From sequence record PP968062.1: a DNA stretch of 64,000 nt; one strand, 5' to 3'. The notes below the pieces were generated by a model that had not been told where the DNA came from, ran no database searches, and saw only the letters and a list, made by a program, of their open reading frames with translations. The DNA comes from Pseudomonas phage HPP-Temi. A program made the position numbers and the translations under genes. Below, one piece after another: positions 37,297 to 45,566 of the stretch. The number at the start of each line of letters is the position of its first letter. Position 1 is the stretch's first letter.

Positions 37297-38661
37297 TTAG
37301 ACGATTCGAGTGAGACTACTACCGTTACGGCGCATTACAACCATTGTTGGCATTTTGCGACCATTGTTGAAGTCCAGCAAGTATTGAGCAAATCCATAAC
37401 CACCATCAGCAATCTGCGAGATATTTGCCTGGAGAGCACTGATAGCAGCTTGAGCGCTAGCATAACGTCCACCAGCATAATAGTGCCCACGTGCATTGGC
37501 ATTATAAGTCGCAAATAGATCACGGAAGTGAACGATTTGTCCATTACCCATAATGCAGTAGTCAGACGGGATATTTGGACGACCTTGAGGATCAGTTCCA
37601 GTAGGAGGCCATGGAGTTGGGAACGACGTAACGAATTGTTTTAACTCAAAACGAGTGATGTTCCAAATGTTACTAGCGTCAAGGTCAACTCGCGCTGGGA
37701 AATACAATTGTTCCCAACCTACACCAGCTAACAGTTTAGACGTAAATGCACGCTGTGTACGGTGAAGCCGTTGTGCATAGACTGCATCAATCTCGGCTTT
37801 GCTGTACAGGTTCATGATTGCCAGTGTTAACCCATGTGGGTTATTTTGATTACGGATGTGGTCTGTAAGCTTTGGAATCAAAATGGATTGGATTAGATTA
37901 AAGATACCTCCAATTGGCATATACACATTGGTAAGAGTAGTATCTGTTGACTGGGCTTTTGTGGCCATTGGCCAGTTATTAATTAGACCCAACTTAATCT
38001 TTGTCTTATCCGAAGAGTGCGGGTTATTTTCATCGGTTATGTGAGCATTCACCCGATTGATATAGTTTTGCACTTCGTCTTTCGCAAGCTGAACGTAATA
38101 TTTGTAATAGTCCGTACCAGAAGCGAGAATCGCAGTTCGCCCGGCTGCCCATGCATCACCTAAACGGTTAATATTGACAACTGTGGACTCAAGACCATAC
38201 AACTGCCAATACTCATGCATGTGTTCAGATGGAGTATATGCAGTCGGCTTACCGATGATTTCTTCCCAAGTAAACTTAAGATTAGTCTCATCTATTTTCT
38301 CCATCAGTGCTTTGAGTTCTTTTACAGAAACACTGAAGAATCCACCAACTGCATGGTATTCCACTCGAACGACTGGAGTGACAGAAGCATTGGTGATAAC
38401 CACAAGGCCCATCACATTCTGCCCAGTCATTTCAGAAAGCTTTTCGTAGTGATAGGTTAAAACATAGTCCTTACCACGTACGAGTGCTTTACCAGTAGAG
38501 TCCCTTAGTACAAAGCCATTCGTATAGAAACCACCATGGGTACAAACGAACACACGATGCTTCTTACCAGGAACTTGAATTAGAGTGTGTTCCTCACCTT
38601 TAATCCAGTTATCTGGATCTTCACCAGTAAGGTCAAGCTCAAGAAAAGTAATATCGTTCAT
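37297..38661 (-). CDS. tail fibre protein, paralog A (T4 gp12/gp34-type 'phage tail fibre repeat')
   Basis: 454 aa; motifs HITDENNPHSSDKTKIKLGLINNWPMATKAQ and HIRNQNNPHGLT; N-terminal ~110 aa homologous to the next three fibre genes. Confidence 0.7.
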   Translation of the reverse strand: MNDITFLELDLTGEDPDNWIKGEEHTLIQVPGKKHRVFVCTHGGFYTNGFVLRDSTGKALVRGKDYVLTYHYEKLSEMTGQNVMGLVVITNASVTPVVRVEYHAVGGFFSVSVKELKALMEKIDETNLKFTWEEIIGKPTAYTPSEHMHEYWQLYGLESTVVNINRLGDAWAAGRTAILASGTDYYKYYVQLAKDEVQNYINRVNAHITDENNPHSSDKTKIKLGLINNWPMATKAQSTDTTLTNVYMPIGGIFNLIQSILIPKLTDHIRNQNNPHGLTLAIMNLYSKAEIDAVYAQRLHRTQRAFTSKLLAGVGWEQLYFPARVDLDASNIWNITRFELKQFVTSFPTPWPPTGTDPQGRPNIPSDYCIMGNGQIVHFRDLFATYNANARGHYYAGGRYASAQAAISALQANISQIADGGYGFAQYLLDFNNGRKMPTMVVMRRNGSSLTRIV

Positions 38662-40068
38662 TTATACCTTCCAGGAATTTAGCAATGTATCAAACACAGC
38701 GAAACCAACGGAGTTAATATACGTTGTGATTGCACCGTTACCAGTACCGATACCCCAGCCACCAAGATAACGGAAGATGGCCGTTGTACCAGCAGGGTGG
38801 TTCCTACCTAGCACGTTGTTCAACTGAGCTTCAGCGTTTGCACCATTAGGATCGAACGATCCAGCAGCGTAAATAACACTCTTTGGTTTATCGATCCAGG
38901 CTTCTTGAATATCGACCCAATGAAGCCAACTGGCGGCGTCAGCTGATGCAGGAACAAGGAATGCGTAGTTACTGGCCGGTGGGATTACCCCACTTGCAAA
39001 CGTTTGTGGTGGTAACAGACCTGTCTTTATCTGTCCAAGGATTTCGTTTGTGCGAGTGTACTCATAAAGCTCTTGGAATGTCATTCCATTGTTAGTCGTA
39101 TTGTTATTGGCATCTTTAACACCACCAATACGATCAGTACTGTTAACAGTTTCACCACGGTTGTAATAGTTCCCAGCTACTTGCTGGTGTTCTTGAACTG
39201 TATACGTACCGAGTTTGGCGGCTGTCTCTTTGTGAGGGTTATTACGGTCCTCAATGTGCGCTTGTAGAATCGGTATGAAATTCTTATCGATACTTTGTTT
39301 AGCGCGTAATGGCGTAGCATAACGATCAAGGATATCCCCATTGGCTGCTTCAGCTTGATCTTTAGTAGCAATAGCAGCATTCTTCACTTTTTCAAGCTGT
39401 ACTTTTGCAGCTGTGAGTTTGTGAGGGTTATTACGATCGTTAATGTGGGTAGTAAGACGTTGTTCGATGGAGGTAAGCTCATCTCCAACTAAAGCCAGTT
39501 CAGCTTTATATTGATCAAACAGAGCGTCCATATCTTTCTTTACGAACTTCTCACCAGCGGCGGTGATTCGCTTAAGTAGTAATACTTGAGGCGTAAACCC
39601 ATATAGTTCCCACAATGCGTGTAGGTGGCCGTTAGGTTTATAATCATCCGGTTTACCAGTGATGTTGTTCCAATGGATTTTCCGAGTATTGTTGATCAAC
39701 CCAAGTGCTTGGTTAGCGATCGCTTTACCAAGGTTACAGTAAACACCACCGACCATTTGGGCATCAACCCTGATCTCATGGTGAACCCGAGGGTTCTTAA
39801 TGACAATAACTGCAAAAGCTGGAAGACCAGTCTTCTTAGTAATCTCTGGATGCATCTGAGTGCATTGAAAATCGTCCTTCTCTTTTAACACATAGCCACG
39901 ACCATCGATCATGTGCAAGTTGTTATTATAGAAGTACCCTTTATCCAGAACAATCACCCGATATGGCAGACCAGCTTGATCTGCCAAGTTGTGGTATTCT
40001 CCACGCGTGCGGTTATTGAAACAAGTGCCCGTCCCATCATAGGGAAGAGCGTGAAGTAATGGGTTCAT
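38662..40068 (-). CDS. tail fibre protein, paralog B
   Basis: 468 aa; HINDRNNPHKLTAAKVQLEKVKN and HIEDRNNPHKETAAKLGTY repeats; stop abuts start of paralog A. Confidence 0.7.
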   Translation of the reverse strand: MNPLLHALPYDGTGTCFNNRTRGEYHNLADQAGLPYRVIVLDKGYFYNNNLHMIDGRGYVLKEKDDFQCTQMHPEITKKTGLPAFAVIVIKNPRVHHEIRVDAQMVGGVYCNLGKAIANQALGLINNTRKIHWNNITGKPDDYKPNGHLHALWELYGFTPQVLLLKRITAAGEKFVKKDMDALFDQYKAELALVGDELTSIEQRLTTHINDRNNPHKLTAAKVQLEKVKNAAIATKDQAEAANGDILDRYATPLRAKQSIDKNFIPILQAHIEDRNNPHKETAAKLGTYTVQEHQQVAGNYYNRGETVNSTDRIGGVKDANNNTTNNGMTFQELYEYTRTNEILGQIKTGLLPPQTFASGVIPPASNYAFLVPASADAASWLHWVDIQEAWIDKPKSVIYAAGSFDPNGANAEAQLNNVLGRNHPAGTTAIFRYLGGWGIGTGNGAITTYINSVGFAVFDTLLNSWKV

Positions 40069-40078
40069 GTTGATTCCT

Positions 40079-41446
40079 TTAGATTGGTACCCAACCTTGA
40101 CCTGGGATATTCATAGAAGCGTAAAGAATGTCGTATACACCGTTCCACGCACCGTTACCAGCACCCCAAGCTTTAGTTTCGCGAATATAGTAGAAAACAA
40201 TACTATTCAAACGCATGTTAGAGAATGGGGGTGTAGTAGCAACCATTGCGTTTGCTTGTGCTTGAGTGATATTGACGTTGAAAGATGCAAATGCAACATC
40301 ACCACTACCGCCTTGAGGTAGAAGCGACAATAGAGCGTCAATATTAGTCCAGTTCCGATTGTTATCGAGAACAGCACGATTATTCAGAATACCACGACCG
40401 AGTCGACCAAGAGGAAGTTTACCTTGATCGTAGTTAGTGAAAGCATTCGCCGGGATGTCTTTACGATACAACTGTAGAATCTGGCTGTATGTCATATCCT
40501 GATTTAACCAGAATCCAAGGTTAGAGTTTTCAACAACCTCATTCCGTAGATATTTGGTATTAGCTAGAGCATTCACTTCTTGCTTGCTATGGGTATTCAA
40601 TTGCGCATTGGTAACACCATGCACATTACCTCGGGCGTCAATGTGTGCTTGTAACGGATCACCACCAAGTTTACTTACTTCAGCAGCTGAAAGCTGTGGG
40701 GTAAGATAAAGCTCGTTAGATAAACCAGCGATAGCCTCAGCAAGACTTGCCACGCGGTAGTTTTCTACAAGTCCTAGACCTACATGTTCTTTTGTATCGA
40801 CGTGCGGGTTTGCTTTATCTTGGATGTGTAAATCGAGTCGATTATTAAAGCGTTGTAAGAAACGATCATATTCGGCTTTTACATCTACTCGAAACTCAGC
40901 TTCTGCGTTACCAAGCTGACCAGTAATCGCACGAGAGATATTCTCAATCTCGTTGTTAAATGGTTGATAAGTATCTAGACGCCAACGCAGTGCAGCGAGT
41001 TCACCGGGACCATAAACTGGTTCAGTACCATTGTAGTCCAGCCACTTAGGAACATAGTCCGATGGTTTGGTTTTCCAGAAGTTAACGTAGTCTTGAATAA
41101 CGGTGAAACTGAATGCTACATCCCCGCCGACCATTTGGGCCGACAGATAGATCTTACCAGTGCGGGTCCGGTCTAAGAAGACGATACCACTAGCAATTTC
41201 CAGACCAAAGAACTCACTCGCCTGCTTATGGAAATAAGTGACGATGTAGTCTTTATTAGGGATGAGCTGAATATATTTCGAATCGAATACCTTGAGACTC
41301 TTTACATAGAAGCCACCATGGTACATCGTAACCATCTTGAACGGGAACCCCGAGATCGGAGTCAACGTTACATCTTCGCTACCTACCAGGTTATTCGGAT
41401 CACGTCCGGTCTTATCTAACGGTAGTTGTACGATTACATCGGACAT
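40079..41446 (-). CDS. tail fibre protein, paralog C
   Basis: 455 aa; HIQDKANPHVDTKEHVGLGLVENY and HIDARGNVHGVTNAQL repeats. Confidence 0.7.
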   Translation of the reverse strand: MSDVIVQLPLDKTGRDPNNLVGSEDVTLTPISGFPFKMVTMYHGGFYVKSLKVFDSKYIQLIPNKDYIVTYFHKQASEFFGLEIASGIVFLDRTRTGKIYLSAQMVGGDVAFSFTVIQDYVNFWKTKPSDYVPKWLDYNGTEPVYGPGELAALRWRLDTYQPFNNEIENISRAITGQLGNAEAEFRVDVKAEYDRFLQRFNNRLDLHIQDKANPHVDTKEHVGLGLVENYRVASLAEAIAGLSNELYLTPQLSAAEVSKLGGDPLQAHIDARGNVHGVTNAQLNTHSKQEVNALANTKYLRNEVVENSNLGFWLNQDMTYSQILQLYRKDIPANAFTNYDQGKLPLGRLGRGILNNRAVLDNNRNWTNIDALLSLLPQGGSGDVAFASFNVNITQAQANAMVATTPPFSNMRLNSIVFYYIRETKAWGAGNGAWNGVYDILYASMNIPGQGWVPI

Positions 41447-41523
41447 TTATTTTCTCCAAATTGAACAAAAGATAGAACCACCGTGCTTTTACACACAGTG
41501 ATTCCATCTGATGCCAGGGTAAG

Positions 41524-41847
41524 TTACAAACGATCGTAAGCGTCGTTGAACGACTTTTCTATCGCCTTGAAGATATTCTCCTCGGCGTAGTTATCTACCC
41601 GTTTAGGTGTCATGAACGAAGAGTTGTTCGTGCCGCCCTTAGCTTGATCTTGCTGTGCTGGTAGCCAGTCAGGTACGTTACCTAGACCGATGTCGCGAGG
41701 AGTCAGTTCGTGCACGTTACCTTTTGCAAGGATGTGTCCGTTCAGACGATCGCGGCAACTGCGCAACAGGTTGAGAACGATATTGTTAAACTGACCAATA
41801 TTGTTCTTCAACTTATCAAGCTCAACGCGGAATACTGTCATAGTCAT
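41524..41847 (-). CDS. small protein carrying a single tail-fibre repeat (fibre-gene remnant or assembly factor)
   Basis: 107 aa; GHILAKGNVHELTPRDIGLGNVPDWLPAQQ...NNSSFMTPKRV parallels HIAATGNVHGMVPKDIGLGNVPNYPAATPQQ...NNSTLMTPYTV in 41864..44152. Confidence 0.45.
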   Translation of the reverse strand: MTMTVFRVELDKLKNNIGQFNNIVLNLLRSCRDRLNGHILAKGNVHELTPRDIGLGNVPDWLPAQQDQAKGGTNNSSFMTPKRVDNYAEENIFKAIEKSFNDAYDRL

Positions 41848-41863
41848 CTTGAAAGTCTCCTAA

Positions 41864-44152
41864 TTAAGGGATCACGATTTCCGTCCCACCTTGCCAGATG
41901 AGAGCGTTAGTCGGAGAGTCACCCCAGAATTCTGCGTAGCCTAGGTTGTTCACAGTTACAGTGTAGCCGTTACCAGCAGCTGCACCATAGAAAGGTGCAG
42001 ACCCGTAAGGAATTTCCAACTGACCGTTTTCGTTACTACCGAATACTGCTACGTCTGTGTCCATGTTCTCAATGTTGGTAGGATCACGGCGGATCGAAAC
42101 AACGTGGTGTCCATATGTACCAGAGATAGAACTAACGTTAACAAGAGTATTCGCTTTTACGAACTTCTGATCTTTAGAAGACCATACGTCCAGAGTGGAG
42201 GTCACTTCAGTCAACTTGAAGGTCGGTGTATAAGTAATCTCGTACACACGGATACGTCCACCTGCCGGAGTGGTGGTGGAGTTAGTGCCGTAGAACACCA
42301 GATACTTAGAACCAAGGCGAATGTCACCAATTTTCCAACCACCGGTCAGCTGTGCAGCCAGAACCGGAGTTGCCGCAGCGACCCAATCAGCAGCACCGAT
42401 AGCAGTATAGGTCGGATCACCGGAAGCCGGAGTCTTCTCTACAATAGCCATCTTACGAGCATCGGCAAGTTCGGTAGCTACCCACATTTCGGTTACCATA
42501 TCGCTCTCGGCATAAACCTGGGTTACTGCTCCACCGGCGATCTTCATGATCTTACCTTCAACGGAGTCGGAACTCGGCTTGACCTGTACGTAGAGCTCGG
42601 TCTTAGAACCCCATATTGCGATCATTGCGTTAGCCTGATTGAAACCAGCACCGGCAGCCCAACCAGCAGGAATAACCAGCTTGGCAGAACCAGCGGAACG
42701 AATACCATCACCTTGCGACCAGGTACCGGCCTGATAATCATACACAGTCGGAACAAGATGGTAATCGGCGTCTTTCAAACTCAACCAAGTCCAGGCACCA
42801 CCTTTAACAGGAGTAGTCGGATAAGCAGCTTTACCAGCAGGCTCAGACATGTACATTGCATCAGCGGCACCGTTAAACAGTGCATATGCAGCGTAGCCAG
42901 ACTGAGCACCTTGGATCTTATTCATACGAGCTTTATCCTGTTCTCCAGGAGGAGTCGGATCATTGAAGCTAATATCGGCAGAAGATGTAATACCTTCCTG
43001 GATCTTAGCAGTCAGCTCTTTCAAGATACCATTGATATCATCGTTCGACGGGAACTTAGCTTCCCATTCAGCAGGAGTTTCTCCACCGAATGTATCCGCG
43101 TCGCCACCCGAACCACCACCAGCGGCGATCTTCTGATCGATCTCTTGCTTGGTATAGGTACCGATCTTACCCGGAGTGATATTGTGCGGGTTGTTATCGG
43201 TAAGGTGCTTGTTGAAATCAATGATCAATTGATCCAGACGCGGGTCACCTTGTACTGCTTGGATAAGCAGAGACACCGTATACGGAGTCATCAAGGTACT
43301 GTTGTTAGTCGGATCAACAGCCTGTTGTGGAGTTGCAGCAGGATAGTTGGGAACGTTACCCAGACCAATGTCTTTCGGAACCATTCCGTGAACGTTACCA
43401 GTTGCTGCAATGTGTGCGTTCAGAGGTTTCAGAGCATACTCTTGAATACCCAGAAGCATACCACGCGGATTTACAAACAGGTCATTACGGTTTGCGTCCT
43501 TGTGCTGTTGGTCCGTTGCCATCGAGAAGTTGGGAACGTTACCCAGAAGGACTTGGGTCTTGTTAACACGGTGAGGGTTATTAAAGTCTTTCAAGTGAGA
43601 CTCAGTGGTACCAGAAGCAGTAGCTTCCATGATATCACCAAGACGCTTCAGAGAATCGTTAATCTCTTTAGAACCCACCAGACTGTCGATCGGTTGATCG
43701 TGGTCAAGAGGCGGGAACGAGGCAGGGAGTACATCGATATTACCCCATGCACGAATCAGCGGGTTATACTGTCGACGAGACAGTTCCGCCAGAATAGCCT
43801 GATCGCTAAAGCCCCACTGCCCACCGATAGTCCGATAGTCAAGACGTGCTTGACCGGCGATAGAGCGTTTCATGAAGCGGATAGAACCAGCGATCGGTCG
43901 ACCAATAGAATCCATTGCTTCGATGAAACGGTGGCCGATCATGTAATCGATGCCTTCTACATACAGAGCACCGGTCTGGTTGTTCCGTACTTTAAGAGAG
44001 TCGACAAAGAAAGGGGCCGCTTTCGGAATAATGAAATAGTAATCGGTAGGGCCGGGTACTTGCAGGGTTTGCACTTCCCCTGTGATGAGGTTAGCGGGGT
44101 TTGTCCCGTGCAGATCCTCGTCATATAGACCAGTTGTACTAACGGTGGACAT
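41864..44152 (-). CDS. large tail fibre protein, paralog D (762 aa)
   Basis: N-terminal domain homologous to paralogs A-C; three NPH/NVH...GLGNVPN repeats; long Ala/Gly-rich beta C-terminal domain. Confidence 0.7.
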   Translation of the reverse strand: MSTVSTTGLYDEDLHGTNPANLITGEVQTLQVPGPTDYYFIIPKAAPFFVDSLKVRNNQTGALYVEGIDYMIGHRFIEAMDSIGRPIAGSIRFMKRSIAGQARLDYRTIGGQWGFSDQAILAELSRRQYNPLIRAWGNIDVLPASFPPLDHDQPIDSLVGSKEINDSLKRLGDIMEATASGTTESHLKDFNNPHRVNKTQVLLGNVPNFSMATDQQHKDANRNDLFVNPRGMLLGIQEYALKPLNAHIAATGNVHGMVPKDIGLGNVPNYPAATPQQAVDPTNNSTLMTPYTVSLLIQAVQGDPRLDQLIIDFNKHLTDNNPHNITPGKIGTYTKQEIDQKIAAGGGSGGDADTFGGETPAEWEAKFPSNDDINGILKELTAKIQEGITSSADISFNDPTPPGEQDKARMNKIQGAQSGYAAYALFNGAADAMYMSEPAGKAAYPTTPVKGGAWTWLSLKDADYHLVPTVYDYQAGTWSQGDGIRSAGSAKLVIPAGWAAGAGFNQANAMIAIWGSKTELYVQVKPSSDSVEGKIMKIAGGAVTQVYAESDMVTEMWVATELADARKMAIVEKTPASGDPTYTAIGAADWVAAATPVLAAQLTGGWKIGDIRLGSKYLVFYGTNSTTTPAGGRIRVYEITYTPTFKLTEVTSTLDVWSSKDQKFVKANTLVNVSSISGTYGHHVVSIRRDPTNIENMDTDVAVFGSNENGQLEIPYGSAPFYGAAAGNGYTVTVNNLGYAEFWGDSPTNALIWQGGTEIVIP

Positions 44153-44240
44153 CGCGCCCTCCTTTAAAGCGCTAGCGCGCGGTTGTTAGCGTAATGATGT
44201 GAAATTCACATAAGATTGTCCGATCTTTTCTAACGGAGAC

Positions 44241-45527
44241 ATGACAATGTACGTGCTTGTACGTTCTAGGTATCGCGCTAGTCGCCGAGGTGGTCGGTGG
44301 CAGGAAGCGGACTTTACAAATGAGCCAGTTACAACACTGGCTGCAAAATATGGGGATGTCTATCTCTACATCGAATATCCAGGCCAAGGCCAACCTGTAA
44401 CTAAAGCACTGCATTGGGTTAATGTTACTAACTGGTTGAATGGTGTTGGACCGGCAGTTACTGTTCAACAGTGGCTGACTTCTTTAGGGAATACCGCTCT
44501 TCCTTTTGATAAGGAACTCCCTAATGAGAAAATTCGTTTGGTGAAGTATGCCCAGGCATGGCACTGTGGCTATAATTTTACCCCGGTTGCTCGTGGTGGA
44601 CACCCTCTTGACCAAGGGAGTGACTTCCATAAGGAAGATCTCCTTATGACTCACCCGAAGCACCAACCGGCAAAGATCCGAGACTACTCGATGATCTCTG
44701 TCAACGGTTACTTCCATCTCTGTGACTATACCACTGCTGGTGTTCGTATTATCGATGGCAATACAACGCTTCGTAAATGTAACGATAACCAGATTGGTGT
44801 ATATAGCTTCGAGACTATCGGTAAGCTTCAGTTCGTACCTATCGTCGACAACATGATCAGTGGACTCAATCCTACTGCTCCTCTGTGGGACGGTGCTTAT
44901 CTTACTATGCCTGCCAATATCGACATCAAGAACAAAACTGTACTACTGGTTACTGGTGGTTATCTGAACGTTCTGTCGAGTGTGTATAACCGTGTTGGTG
45001 AAAGGACCTGGCGAGTACAGTTCGGGAACATGATGTTCTTGGATCGTTATTTGGAATCCTATCACGCTATGGATTTGTCTTCCCTTGGGTTGACTATTGA
45101 TCCAGAGAACCCGACTCTATTCAATGTCGATGAACTTAAAGATAACGAAGTCATTCGCAAGTACCTGACCTTGAGTCAGAGCTTCTTTGTGATCGTTGAT
45201 TCTATTTCGTTCTTCCAAGAGTACGAAGCAATTGAGTATCTCAATCTACCTGGCCGTTATTTTGATAACAAATACGATCGTGCTCCTCTGGTTGGCGCGT
45301 ACGGTAGAATGCTAGATTATCACACCATCAAAGAACCTCATAAGGAGGGTATCTATCCTCAACATGAGAATATGTACGTTTACTGTGCTGTGTTGAACCG
45401 TCGGAATGCTTACGATGCAAATACACGCGCATGGCCTAAACAACAGTCTGTAGATGGTGGTCGTTATCCAGCTCATCCGTATCGCGATGAGACGGCATAT
45501 TACCGTATTCTCGGTGTTGAAGGCTAA
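44241..45527 (+). CDS. hypothetical protein
   Basis: 428-aa ORF on opposite strand to the fibre block, followed by a family hairpin. Confidence 0.6.
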   Translation: MTMYVLVRSRYRASRRGGRWQEADFTNEPVTTLAAKYGDVYLYIEYPGQGQPVTKALHWVNVTNWLNGVGPAVTVQQWLTSLGNTALPFDKELPNEKIRLVKYAQAWHCGYNFTPVARGGHPLDQGSDFHKEDLLMTHPKHQPAKIRDYSMISVNGYFHLCDYTTAGVRIIDGNTTLRKCNDNQIGVYSFETIGKLQFVPIVDNMISGLNPTAPLWDGAYLTMPANIDIKNKTVLLVTGGYLNVLSSVYNRVGERTWRVQFGNMMFLDRYLESYHAMDLSSLGLTIDPENPTLFNVDELKDNEVIRKYLTLSQSFFVIVDSISFFQEYEAIEYLNLPGRYFDNKYDRAPLVGAYGRMLDYHTIKEPHKEGIYPQHENMYVYCAVLNRRNAYDANTRAWPKQQSVDGGRYPAHPYRDETAYYRILGVEG

Positions 45528-45532
45528 GACAA

Positions 45533-45563
45533 CATATTGCCCGGCTCAAGGCCGGGCTTTATG
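45533..45563. terminator. palindromic stem-loop CATATTGCCCGGC-TCAA-GGCCGGGCTTTATGTCG
   Basis: between convergent 44241..45527(+) and 45567..48293(-). Confidence 0.6.
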
Positions 45564-45566
45564 TCG

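Noticed and set aside
42104-44128. 674-aa plus-strand ORF
   Set aside because: Antisense to the 762-aa fibre gene, which has the paralog and repeat evidence. The plus-frame product is Arg/Ser-rich nonsense with no RBS.
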